The notes beneath the pieces are model-generated. The model was not told where the DNA came from and searched no databases. It saw only the letters and a list, made by a program, of their open reading frames with translations. Positions 1-9,624 of a stretch of DNA of 64,000 bases are shown piece by piece. The position numbers were made by a program, and so were the translations under genes. Numbering within the stretch: the stretch's first letter is position 1; each line of letters starts with the position of its first letter. Location of the stretch: NCBI GenBank assembly GCA_020348985.1, contig CP070761.1:2531445-2595444 (forward strand), given 5' to 3'. This DNA is from Candidatus Thorarchaeota archaeon. GTDB taxonomy: Archaea > Asgardarchaeota > Thorarchaeia > Thorarchaeales > Thorarchaeaceae.

Positions 1-50
1 GAACACTCCTCTCTATTGTTCTCTCACAAGGGAGGAGGAGAACAAAGGCG

Positions 51-1073
51 ATGAGACTACGCAAATTGGGTTCAGTCTTCCTAATCGCAGCCCTATTTGC
101 ACCATACTTGTTTGCGTTAGGCATAGCTCCCATGCCTGTTGCTGCTCAGAATCAAACCATTGTGTTTGACATGACGCACGGGCAATATAGCAGCTATATA
201 TTTCCTAACGAAGACACAGATCTAAAGGCCGATCTAGAGGCACTTGGGTATACTGTTGTATGGGCATGGGGCGGACTGAACGACACGATTCTCGCAGATG
301 CGGACGGCCTGATGATTGGCGGCATTTATGGCGCCACAGCTGGCTTCGCACAGGCAGAGATCGATGATGTAGCAGAATGGTTCAACGCAGGTAACAAGTT
401 CATGTGGGTTGGATCTGACTCTGACTACGCAGGCTATGCATACATCAACAACAACGCGAGTGCTATTCTTTCAGCAGTCGGTTCACATGTCTATCCCGAG
501 CCCATCTCGGTATCTGACTCTGAGTCCAACTGCAACGCTAGCTACCGTGCTGTTGCCAACGTTACAAGCAGTGATCCCTTCGTTGCTGATATCTTGGCGA
601 ACGTTGATCAGATTCTCATGCATGGTCCGACCTGTCTATATGGTAGTACTACTGGAGACGGCGCTGGTGCGGTGGATCTTAGAGACACGACCATTGCTAA
701 CGTCTACCCAGTTCTGTTCTACAGTCCTGCAGCAACAATCGGAGATTCTGATCTTGTTGCACCACTCGCTCACAGCGACGGTGACGTGGGTTCATTCGTT
801 GCTATGACTGTCGAGACCTACGCAGGAGAAGCTGGAACTGGCGTACTGATGGTGGCTGGTGCTTCACAATATGGTGACTACAAGCCCATGTACGCTGACG
901 AGTACTACGATGTGACGCTGAGCGGCCAGAACCTTGTTCCACAAGCTATCGAGTTTGGCATGGATCTTGCTCCTACTCTTACAGCAGGACTTGATTTGGT
1001 GCTAATCTTGGGTGCTGCTGGCGCCGTAGTTGTTGTAATCGTAATCGTTGCAGTGTTTATGAGAAGGAGGTAG
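51..1073 (+). CDS. Membrane-anchored surface protein with GIFT (GldG/IFT52, DUF4350-like) domain
   Basis: Signal peptide; IVFDMTHGQ...LEALGYTV...LADADGLMIGG...EIDDVAEWFNAG pattern; C-terminal TM helix followed by RRR; GGAGG RBS upstream. Confidence 0.65.
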   Translation: MRLRKLGSVFLIAALFAPYLFALGIAPMPVAAQNQTIVFDMTHGQYSSYIFPNEDTDLKADLEALGYTVVWAWGGLNDTILADADGLMIGGIYGATAGFAQAEIDDVAEWFNAGNKFMWVGSDSDYAGYAYINNNASAILSAVGSHVYPEPISVSDSESNCNASYRAVANVTSSDPFVADILANVDQILMHGPTCLYGSTTGDGAGAVDLRDTTIANVYPVLFYSPAATIGDSDLVAPLAHSDGDVGSFVAMTVETYAGEAGTGVLMVAGASQYGDYKPMYADEYYDVTLSGQNLVPQAIEFGMDLAPTLTAGLDLVLILGAAGAVVVVIVIVAVFMRRR

Positions 1074-1101
1074 TTTTCTACCTCTCCTCTCCACTTTTTT
1101 T
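1067..1101 (+). terminator. Hairpin plus T-tract terminator
   Basis: GAGGTAG-TTTT-CTACCTC stem overlapping the stop codon, followed by a T7 run. Confidence 0.5.
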
Positions 1102-1182
1102 GCCTGAGACTCCAAGGTATTCTTCATCGTGTTGTCAATGTGTCGTATGACTTAATACTGACCAAGAGCAGCACGACAGAGT

Positions 1183-3099
1183 ATGAAGAAATCAGGATTC
1201 ATTTTGACAATTCTGCTTGTATCAGTTATCCCAGCTGGGATTCTGTTGCCCATGGCAACTCCGGCAAGTGCATGGGGATTGACCACTCACATGTTCATTG
1301 TTGGCGAAACTGCAGATTATATCAGCAATCTAAGTTGGGCGGATGCCTATGACTTCTACATACCTGAGGTCCTATCAGGCTCAACAGCACCTGATTCGGC
1401 TTGGCAAGACTGGTCCAATCATCTCTACTACCCCATCGATGGGACCCATACCGCCCCAAGTGCTGCAAAGACCTGGTTTGACTACGCTAGGGACAATTTC
1501 ACATCAGCAAATTGGGAAGATGGTTTCTTCGCTTTCGGTGTGTTGAGTCACTACGTTACAGATACTTGTAACCCGATACATACTTACCTGAATTGGACTG
1601 GACATCCAGCCTACGAAGGAGACGTCAATGCCAATCTAGCCACGCTTGCTTTGTCAACTCCTTCAGAGGTCATCGTTACCAATGCGAGTCAGTTAGTTGT
1701 CGACAATGCCGTGTTCGTCAATCAATACTATAACATAATCGTTGACGCTTACCCATACTCTGAATCAACCGCTATCCAAACAAATGCAACGATTAGGTCG
1801 ATAACCGAGACTTGCATATCACGCGCTCTAAACTCGACTCTTTCGCTGTTCTTCACCCTGACTCAAGGTTTAGACGCGCCCGATGTGACCGTTGCGCTAG
1901 AATATGTTGCATTGTTCGATTTCGCGCACACAAATGACTATATTGACTACGCTGGAGAAGTGAAACTGGTCTCAGTGAATCAAACGCTTGCCCGTAGGGG
2001 CTTCGAGATGAAAAGACAGGAGTCTGCCTTCACTGCGTCCGCGCTCGCGGATGTTGACCTGTTAGTGGTCACATGTGGCCTCGACGAGTACACAACAGAT
2101 GAGATTACAGCTATCTCAAATTGGGCAGCTACGGGAAACAAGTCAATAATCGTTACGGGAAGAGGGGATTATTCTGAATATGTAGACACTGCGAGGGCAA
2201 ACGATATACTTGAAGCCGTAGGTTCCAACATTCGTGTAAACGATGACAATGTGAACATGGAAGGAACGTACCAACCGTACTACATCGACTTGACAGAAAT
2301 TCCTGACGAAGCCGAGACGGTGGGACTTACGGTTGGTGTGGCATCTATCACGTTCTACTCACCGTCGTCGCTATACTTCCTAGACGATGGACCTGTCTTA
2401 CCAATCATCTATGCGGATGCAACAGGGTACCAAGTCAACGAGCGTCCACCGGCAATCATTGTCGTTTGGGATGCACTCCAAGATGGCGTCAACGGCGAGC
2501 AGATTCCGTTGGCGGCCGTTGAAGAGGTTGGTAGTCTGAGAGTCTTGGTCACTGGAACCACATTCTTTTCAGATTTCGACTATGGCAAGACAGCAATCTT
2601 TGACAATATCGTGTTTCTGGAGAACTTTCTGGATTGGGCCATAGATAGAGACATAGGTGACATTCCAGACGAAGATGAGATTGGTCCCAGAATGGACATA
2701 GAATGGACTCCAACGAGTCCCGATGAAGGCCAGAATGTGGCATTCACTGCAACTGTCACTGACCCATCTAATGTTGATCATGTCACATTCGAAGTCTTCG
2801 ATGGCACGACAACCACAACAGCGACACCTACAATCGTTGGAGATGAGTACACCATCCAGTTGTCGGATGAATATGACGGATCAGTCCAAGTCAGAGTAAG
2901 AGCCAACGACACGGCAGGAAATGAGGCTGTTCGAGGTTACTTCACTGTAGCTTGGGGTGACGAAGTCCCAACTACGACTGGAACCACAACTCCAACTGGG
3001 CCCCCGCTAGATGATACCACTCTATACCTTATGATTGCTGCCGCAGGAGGCGCAATGATTGTACTTGCTCTCGTATTCGTTGTTATGAGGAGAAGATAG
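1183..3099 (+). CDS. Surface protein: Zn-dependent phospholipase C/S1-P1-like domain + GIFT-like domain + Ig-like domain + TM anchor
   Basis: Mature N-terminus WGLTTH, then PD, HYVTDTCNPIH and HPAYE Zn ligands; LFDFAHTND GIFT-like motif; Thr-rich linker; TM-RRR. Confidence 0.7.
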   Translation: MKKSGFILTILLVSVIPAGILLPMATPASAWGLTTHMFIVGETADYISNLSWADAYDFYIPEVLSGSTAPDSAWQDWSNHLYYPIDGTHTAPSAAKTWFDYARDNFTSANWEDGFFAFGVLSHYVTDTCNPIHTYLNWTGHPAYEGDVNANLATLALSTPSEVIVTNASQLVVDNAVFVNQYYNIIVDAYPYSESTAIQTNATIRSITETCISRALNSTLSLFFTLTQGLDAPDVTVALEYVALFDFAHTNDYIDYAGEVKLVSVNQTLARRGFEMKRQESAFTASALADVDLLVVTCGLDEYTTDEITAISNWAATGNKSIIVTGRGDYSEYVDTARANDILEAVGSNIRVNDDNVNMEGTYQPYYIDLTEIPDEAETVGLTVGVASITFYSPSSLYFLDDGPVLPIIYADATGYQVNERPPAIIVVWDALQDGVNGEQIPLAAVEEVGSLRVLVTGTTFFSDFDYGKTAIFDNIVFLENFLDWAIDRDIGDIPDEDEIGPRMDIEWTPTSPDEGQNVAFTATVTDPSNVDHVTFEVFDGTTTTTATPTIVGDEYTIQLSDEYDGSVQVRVRANDTAGNEAVRGYFTVAWGDEVPTTTGTTTPTGPPLDDTTLYLMIAAAGGAMIVLALVFVVMRRR

Positions 3100-3295
3100 A
3101 TTCACTTCGATGGGCAGAGATGAACTCTGCCCAACTCTTTCATTTCGCCGCTTGATGAGAGCTTCTGATGCAGTGGCTGTGACACCAGAGATTATTCGTC
3201 CTCATTGTAGATTTTTCGAATACCAAGCGATGCTCTATACATTCATATTAGGAAAAACCCAGACTGCAGTGAATTCGAAGCGCTGGGGTGTAGTG

Positions 3296-3931
3296 GTGTC
3301 TGAGACTGGAGTGCAGGATGGACACCCGAGTCCGATTGAGCTAGATATCATTCGGTCATTTGGGTGGTCGGTGATCGAGTTTGAAGCTACTCTCTATCAC
3401 AAATTCCTGCATCTGTCTGCAGGACGCTCTCTCATAGCTGAAGAAGACTTCAGAAGAATCCTCCGTGAAATGGAAGCCAAGGGATTCGTTGCGTCTACCG
3501 AACTGCATGGAAAACGGGCCCTCAGGAGGCTACTCATCGAAGAGGAGCTGGAGGAATCCTTGAAACCTCAAGTGCCGCTAGATGAAATTCGTCTTGCACT
3601 CGGACAGCTCGAGGCGAAGAAGAAAGAAGCGAGTGACGGTCCGCCTAGAGTCAGCGGCAATCTGGTAACAGGGGCACGAGTAATCGGGAAAGATCTATTG
3701 GAGTCTCTCGAAGAATCGTTGCTTCAAGGAAAACCAGCCGATGATTCTGATAGAGTCACTGTGCAATCCCATATTGGAAATATGCGTCGCGCTCTGTGTG
3801 ATTCTGAAGAAGCTTTGCTCGAATATGTGGAGATTCATGTTCCCGGACTTCTTCACCACGTCAAACAGCTTCTCAAAGCTAGAGGATCTGAGTTTATTCT
3901 ACTCAGTCTGCGTCTTGTGGAAGCAAATTGA
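3296..3931 (+). CDS. Hypothetical protein with probable N-terminal winged helix; paralog of the next gene
   Basis: GTG at 3296 after GGGGTG preferred over the track start 3110; aligns with 4013..4654. Confidence 0.6.
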   Translation: MSETGVQDGHPSPIELDIIRSFGWSVIEFEATLYHKFLHLSAGRSLIAEEDFRRILREMEAKGFVASTELHGKRALRRLLIEEELEESLKPQVPLDEIRLALGQLEAKKKEASDGPPRVSGNLVTGARVIGKDLLESLEESLLQGKPADDSDRVTVQSHIGNMRRALCDSEEALLEYVEIHVPGLLHHVKQLLKARGSEFILLSLRLVEAN

Positions 3932-4012
3932 AAGCACTACTGCGTATTCCCCGAAAGCTTCTTACCAGAAGACGTCAATTAGTAGATAGCACGCGCAAAT
4001 ATGGTGGGGGCT

Positions 4013-4654
4013 ATGTCTGACATTCAACTCCCCGAATCAATGGAGAAGGAGCTCGAGATTGCTATCATTCGCGCATTTGGCTCAGCTATAATCGAATTCG
4101 AAGCAGTCTTGTTCCAGAAAGTGCTCCTCCATTCAGCTCAGATGCTCATTACTGAAGATATCTTCAAAGCAAAGATCAATGAAATGGCAGACCGCGGATT
4201 TGTTGCACCATTGGAGTTTCATGGACGTCCTTGTTGGAGGAAATTGGCAACAGAGGAGGACTTAGAAGTAGAGGAGCCGTTGACCCCTGAGGAGATTCGA
4301 TCGATTCTTGAACAGGGACAGAAAGACATTCCTGTTGTTGAGAGAACTCCGAGAAGTCCGAGTGATAGGCTCGTGACCGAAGCTAGGAACATTGCCCAGG
4401 ATGTTCTGCATTTGGTCAGGGCACGAATGCTTGACGATGAGGAAAACAAGGATAGAGCAAGAAGAGAGATCATTCAGCACTTGCAGGAAATGCGAAAGAC
4501 GCTCACTGATTCAGAACAGGAGTTCGTGGAATACGTGAGAGAGAACCTTCCAGAGATCTCTGGAAGGTTGGAATTAATCCTGAAAGCCAAAGGAGAGGAC
4601 TTGATGCTTCCAGCTCTGAGGATGATTGAAGCTGGACTCAGGGACGAGTTCTAG
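4013..4654 (+). CDS. Hypothetical protein; tandem paralog of 3296..3931
   Basis: Shared IIRxFGxxxIEFEAxL...EMxxxGFVAxxExHG motif; ATG at 4013 after GGTGGGGG. Confidence 0.65.
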   Translation: MSDIQLPESMEKELEIAIIRAFGSAIIEFEAVLFQKVLLHSAQMLITEDIFKAKINEMADRGFVAPLEFHGRPCWRKLATEEDLEVEEPLTPEEIRSILEQGQKDIPVVERTPRSPSDRLVTEARNIAQDVLHLVRARMLDDEENKDRARREIIQHLQEMRKTLTDSEQEFVEYVRENLPEISGRLELILKAKGEDLMLPALRMIEAGLRDEF

Positions 4655-5724
4655 TAGCTACGCTTCGCGAGGAAGTTTGACAATTCAACTAGGAATTCCT
4701 TGTATTTGGAACTAAGTGGAGGCTTAGCTGTCTCAAGTGAGGAGTGTGCGCCAGCAAGCAGCTCGTCCATTATGTTCTTTGATACCTGCAGGGCTCCAGA
4801 TTCCTTGAATATGGTTCTAACCTGTTCAACTTCTGCCACTGACATTCCGTCTTTTCCAAGTAGTTCCTTGAGCTGCCTCTTTTGATCATCAGTCCCCAAT
4901 TCAAACGCCTGGACGACAAGCATGGTCTTCTTTCCTTCTCTGATATCTCCATCTGTCGGCTTGCCAGTCTCTGCCTCTTCTCCGAAGCTGCCGAGAATGT
5001 CATCCTGGACCTGAAATGCTTGACCTGCCTTGCGACCAAACTCACCTAGAGCTTCCAGTTGTGACTCTGTTGCATTGGCCATTACAGCCCCCATCATGAG
5101 CGCACGCTCAAAGAGTACAGCAGTCTTCATGTACACCATGTTGAGATACATATCTGGAGTTGTATCAGGATCTCTAACCATTGCAAATTCCAAAAGGACT
5201 CCGTCCACGAGATTCTGGAAGCCATATTGATAGTATTCTAGAACCTTCATCCCGATTTTAGGAGGAAGTTCCGATGAAGTAAGCATCTGAGCTCCGGTAT
5301 TGATGAGGGCATCACCACCGAGGATTGCCATAGTCATCCCAAAGTCGTCAGCCTTTGATTGATCGGTGTCGAAATTTGCTTTGAGCCAATCTCTGTATAT
5401 TACATGGAAAGTTGGGCCGCCTCTGCGTGTTTCATCGTGATCGATCAAATCATCGTGTAACAAGGACCCGTTGTGAAGTATCTCAAGAGAAAGTGCTGCT
5501 CGATATAGACGTTCAAGCTCTACTACTTCCTTTACAGCTTTGTAGCCAACCGTAATCAAGGCAGGACGAAGTCGTTTTCCGCCTCTGGTCATGTACTCTC
5601 TGATGTTATTGTAGAAAGCCGCATGAGTCTGCCCGTACCTTTCAACTTCCTTTATTCTTGAATCGAAGTATTCGTTGAGAGCTTTCTCGACTGCTTCAAC
5701 TTCCTCTATGAGTATTCTCTTCAT
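4651..5724 (-). CDS. idsA: Polyprenyl (geranylgeranyl) diphosphate synthase
   Basis: GGKRLRP, HDDLIDHDETRRG (FARM), KTA, FQVQDDILG (SARM), DIREGKKT. Confidence 0.9.
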   Translation of the reverse strand: MKRILIEEVEAVEKALNEYFDSRIKEVERYGQTHAAFYNNIREYMTRGGKRLRPALITVGYKAVKEVVELERLYRAALSLEILHNGSLLHDDLIDHDETRRGGPTFHVIYRDWLKANFDTDQSKADDFGMTMAILGGDALINTGAQMLTSSELPPKIGMKVLEYYQYGFQNLVDGVLLEFAMVRDPDTTPDMYLNMVYMKTAVLFERALMMGAVMANATESQLEALGEFGRKAGQAFQVQDDILGSFGEEAETGKPTDGDIREGKKTMLVVQAFELGTDDQKRQLKELLGKDGMSVAEVEQVRTIFKESGALQVSKNIMDELLAGAHSSLETAKPPLSSKYKEFLVELSNFLAKRSY

Positions 5725-5850
5725 CTCGACTCCTCACCGTGGGCTGCCTGCCGTGATGGGTTTCGTTCCTTTTTTAGAGTTTCTCAATTTGAGGAACAAT
5801 GCTACATCAAAAGCAGAGCTCATCAAGTCTGGATAGAATCATGCAGCTGC

Positions 5851-6777
5851 CTAAATGTATAGAGTTCCTCGTAACGTCCGAACAGCGGTTCCGCTGACTT
5901 TCACTTGCTGAATCTCATCTTGGTCTCCAATAACCTCGACGAAGACTTTCCCAGGCCTGCCCACAAACTGGCCTTGTTCAATCACAATGCTGGTGACTCG
6001 GTTCGTAGAGTCCATTATTCCCTGCTTCACCATATAGCTGCCCATGGCACCGGCCCCGGAGCCGGAGACTGGGTCTTCATAAATGCCAAGCGCAGGTGCG
6101 AAGTGACGCGCGTGAGCATCTGATGTGACTTCAAGTGTTTCTCTTGAGAAAACCTGAATTGATACATAGTCAGCGTCTTCCCGAAGTTCTTTCAGTCGAT
6201 TCCAATCCGGCTCGATTCGCTCCATTGCCCGCATGGTAGTTATTGGCACCATTAGATGTGGCGTACCAGTGCTGACGGTCTGAATGGGGTTTGGTGAAAG
6301 GACATCTGCCAATGTTAGGCCAAGAGCTTCTGCGTAGACTCTTGGATCGTAAGTCCTCATGAATTGGGGACGCTGATGAAAGATCTGAACTTCGTTGCGA
6401 CCTGTGGTCTCGTTCTTCACAATCTCTACTTCGAGGACACCTGCTTTTGTTTCGAGGCTGAACATCGCGACATCATCAACAACTTCAACATGACCTTCTC
6501 TCGTCAATGCGTGAAACGCGGCTACAGTTGGATGTCCCGAGAATGCGAGCTCAGTCTTAGGTGTCATGAAGCGGAACTTGAAATCTGCCACTTTCGACGA
6601 CGAGACAAAGACGGTCTCTCTGACATTCATTTCGCGAGCTATCTTCAGCATCGTCTCCTCATTGACACGGTCGGCACCAAGAATCACAGCGGCCGGATTC
6701 CCTCCAAAGGGAACATCCGTAAAGGCATCAACCTGAACAACCGTCAGCTCGCGTCTATGCTTCATGATTTCCCACAA
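5851..6777 (-). CDS. PhzF/diaminopimelate-epimerase-like isomerase
   Basis: QVDAFTDVPFGGNPAAV, ETVF, SGHPT, EDPVSGSG. Confidence 0.9.
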   Translation of the reverse strand: MWEIMKHRRELTVVQVDAFTDVPFGGNPAAVILGADRVNEETMLKIAREMNVRETVFVSSSKVADFKFRFMTPKTELAFSGHPTVAAFHALTREGHVEVVDDVAMFSLETKAGVLEVEIVKNETTGRNEVQIFHQRPQFMRTYDPRVYAEALGLTLADVLSPNPIQTVSTGTPHLMVPITTMRAMERIEPDWNRLKELREDADYVSIQVFSRETLEVTSDAHARHFAPALGIYEDPVSGSGAGAMGSYMVKQGIMDSTNRVTSIVIEQGQFVGRPGKVFVEVIGDQDEIQQVKVSGTAVRTLRGTLYI

Positions 6778-7003
6778 GTGCGACTTCGTCCATCACCCTA
6801 ATTAAGAATCGCATGCGGTAATTGACTACAAAGTCATCGGTTGTGTTCAGTATGAGAGTCACCTGTGAGTGTCCTATGGGAGATCATGACTATGCATCTG
6901 TCCGATAGTGAATCCCTCGGCGGGTTTCTTTTTCTCTGGTTCCTAGAATAGCAATTCAGGTTAAACACTACTACTTCATTGTATTAAAGGACGATTAGAA
7001 GGT

Positions 7004-7136
7004 GGCGGACCCATGGGAATCGTGGTAGGAGGGGGGAGTTTCGTAATTGAGGGCATGTAACGAAAAACTAGCCCACGTGTCCGCCTTTGCAGCGTTTGGC
7101 ATGTCCGAGTCATGTTCCCACTCAAACTACCAGCTG
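7004..7136 (-). ncRNA. Putative structured small ncRNA (two long stem domains), family unknown
   Basis: TATATAA at 7167-7161; hairpin 7136-7090 (CAGC/GCUG, UGGUA/UGCCA, GUUUGAGU/ACUCGGAC); stem GGCGGAC-A-CGUGGG / CCCAUG-G-GUCCGCC; G-U pairs favour the minus strand. Confidence 0.55.
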
Positions 7137-7342
7137 TGTAGTCCCACGATTGGCCCGGTCTTATATACATTTCTGCTTTCGTAAGGAAATACCCAGCGAG
7201 ATTTGCTCAACAAATCATAATCTTCTGACACATCTGAGCGTGTTTCGGTTTGGAGCCGTAACCATAACTCTGCTCAATAGTTACCGAGTGAAAAGGCGTC
7301 CATGCGTTCGACTTATGAGTCTCCTAGCCGCTGTTCAGAAAT

Positions 7343-8131
7343 ATGGGAGAAGAACCTAGAGAGCAGAATATGCATACCGTCATGGATGCTCTGGCAGAAC
7401 TCATGAAAGAGCAATCCTATGACTACATAATTGGAATCACTGGTTTCGAAACTGTGTTTTGCGCGTTGATGCCAGTCCAGCAGAAATGGCTTAGAAATCT
7501 GTGCAAAGAGAGATTCAATGACTTGGTTGAAATTGGTTCATTCGTGTCCTTCGGCATCTCGTACTATGATTCGATAATCGACACGATTAACGTCAAGAAG
7601 GGAGGCGAGACGGACTTGGATAGTTGGAATCTGTATGGTGATGAGTATTCAAGACTAAACGAGATGCTGGACACGATTGCGTCCAAGCTGGCCAGTCGCT
7701 TTGACGGGATATCTATTCCCGCAACCCTGCATGGATTGGCTGGTAAGATAGAGAATGTGACAGACTACTATGGAAGAACAATCTCTCATCGAGCTGTAGC
7801 TGAAAGAGCCGGACTTGGCTGGAGAGGTAAGAATGGACTTCTGATCAATCATAGGTTCGGATGTGCGGTACGTTTTGCATCAGTAGCGGTGACACTTCCT
7901 CTTGATGCTTCTGAGGAGGTTGAATATGCATGCGGAGATTGTACAGCTTGCGAAGATGCCTGTACTTTCATCAAGCACAGAGTCGTGCTCCCTGATTACC
8001 GCGAGAACTGTAGACGCTACATAGCCAATCTTCGTAAGAAAGGTCTGAAGAAAGATGTCTGCGGGAAATGCATTCAGGCATGTATCCGAAACGGCATTCA
8101 TGCGACCAGTTTCGAATTGAGAGCCGAGTAG
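7343..8131 (+). CDS. Epoxyqueuosine reductase QueG-like 4Fe-4S protein
   Basis: SHRAVAERAGLGWRGKNGLLI, CGDCTACEDAC, CGKCIQAC; start may be 7370. Confidence 0.8.
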   Translation: MGEEPREQNMHTVMDALAELMKEQSYDYIIGITGFETVFCALMPVQQKWLRNLCKERFNDLVEIGSFVSFGISYYDSIIDTINVKKGGETDLDSWNLYGDEYSRLNEMLDTIASKLASRFDGISIPATLHGLAGKIENVTDYYGRTISHRAVAERAGLGWRGKNGLLINHRFGCAVRFASVAVTLPLDASEEVEYACGDCTACEDACTFIKHRVVLPDYRENCRRYIANLRKKGLKKDVCGKCIQACIRNGIHATSFELRAE

Positions 8132-8227
8132 AGCATTCATTATTAGAACACAAGCTCTCTGTTGGTTCATGCAAGGTTTGCGGGAAAGATGTCCCTCTTA
8201 TGGCAATCTCATCATTCTGTATGCATT

Positions 8228-8713
8228 ATGACTGACGCCGAAATAGAGGAGAGAAAGAAACTCGTTCAGACCTTCAAGAACAGCGAGAAACGTCATGCCC
8301 GCGACAAAGCAGCCATCTTGGGCGCACTAGAGAAGAAGTTCGGTCCGGAGGTGCGCGCAATCTTCGCGGAAGAGAGATCAAAGATTATCCGTGAAGAGTG
8401 GAGAAAGATAGCAGAAAGCTCTGAAGGTGAGACCCCAGCAGATCTGATCAGAGTAATGTGGGAGCCGGTTAAGGACATGTTCCCATACGAAATAGAAAGA
8501 GAAGAAGAGGGTGAGATTCAGCTTAGAGTTTCTGGATGCATATTCTATGATGTTGCTAAGGAGGTGGGCATCGAAGGAACTTGGGGATACGACCTCTTCT
8601 GTGGTAATGATCCCTTCATAGTGGCCGGATTCAACCCGAAAATGAAGTTTGAACGTACAAAGACCCTGATGGATGGAGACGGTTATTGCGACCACTGCTA
8701 CACTCTGAAGTAG
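8228..8713 (+). CDS. L-2-amino-thiazoline-4-carboxylate hydrolase family (V4R-like) protein
   Basis: C...LFCGND...FNPKMKFERTKTLMDGDGYCDHCY; ATG at 8228 chosen as start. Confidence 0.75.
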   Translation: MTDAEIEERKKLVQTFKNSEKRHARDKAAILGALEKKFGPEVRAIFAEERSKIIREEWRKIAESSEGETPADLIRVMWEPVKDMFPYEIEREEEGEIQLRVSGCIFYDVAKEVGIEGTWGYDLFCGNDPFIVAGFNPKMKFERTKTLMDGDGYCDHCYTLK

Positions 8714-8816
8714 TTTTCAGATTCATGGAAGTCATTAAGAGAATCCTAGTCAATAGTGAAACAAGATATACCCCAGAACTCTGTTGAGAGCTGGAAGTCG
8801 AAACAGGTGAATGTGA

Positions 8817-9563
8817 GTGAACGAGCTCGATTTCGGCACAAAGCGGCTTCCAGCTCTTCTTTGTGGCTCGAGCCCCTTCATGGGTGCAGGGCAGTTTGGA
8901 CCAAAAGGGTTGGAGTGGTATCAGCACTTCTTCAATCATCCCAATCGTATGAGCGAACTTTTCTCTTACTTCTGTGAATTGGGCTTTCCCGGAGCACAGG
9001 TTATTGGATACTCCACTATAGTGGAGGCGGCTAGGCAGTCGCAACAACAGCACTCCATGAAAGTGGCGGTCTCATTACTGCCGGAGGATTGGATGCAGAA
9101 CCTGCGTGACGTTCAAGTGCTAGAGCCAGAAGTGATCTTCGTCCACGGTGCGATGACTGATGAATTCTTGCTGAATCGTGGCGATGAGCTTGTGGCTTGT
9201 TGCGACGCAATCCGTGAAGTGGGAGCGTTTCCCGGGATATCAACTCACAACCCCTATGAAACACTGACTCACATTCTATCGGATTCCAGCCACTTTGGTA
9301 GCGAATCGATTGGACTTCTGCTTCCCTTGAACCCAAAAGGATGGGGACTGGGAGCAGAAATCTCTGCGATTTCCAAGTTGGTGATGCAGCTCGATCAGCG
9401 AAACCCGATCATGGCAATGAAGGTCCTTGCAGCTGGAAGGATTCAGCCTGAAGAAGCATTGTCATGGCTCTATGAGACTGTGAATCCAACGATAGCAGCG
9501 ATTGGCGTCACAAACAAGGAGGAGGCACAAGAGCTTGCCTCTACTGTAAACAACCTTCTGTAG
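8817..9563 (+). CDS. Aldo/keto-reductase-like TIM-barrel protein
   Basis: GSSPFMG, PGISTH, IMAMKVLAAGRI, AIGV motifs. Confidence 0.6.
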   Translation: MNELDFGTKRLPALLCGSSPFMGAGQFGPKGLEWYQHFFNHPNRMSELFSYFCELGFPGAQVIGYSTIVEAARQSQQQHSMKVAVSLLPEDWMQNLRDVQVLEPEVIFVHGAMTDEFLLNRGDELVACCDAIREVGAFPGISTHNPYETLTHILSDSSHFGSESIGLLLPLNPKGWGLGAEISAISKLVMQLDQRNPIMAMKVLAAGRIQPEEALSWLYETVNPTIAAIGVTNKEEAQELASTVNNLL

Positions 9564-9624
9564 GGATTTGATCTGTCATTGCAACCGTTTATTGGTCCTT
9601 GAAGACTATTTTTTTTGACTAATC

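Noticed and set aside
6852-6937. 18-codon ORF MRVTCECPMGDHDYASVR followed by a hairpin and T-run
   Set aside because: Too short to support without conservation or ribosome-profiling data
7001-7160. tRNA-Sec or other true tRNA gene
   Set aside because: No UCA anticodon arm, D-arm or GGTTC T-arm; only the 3' end is tRNA-like
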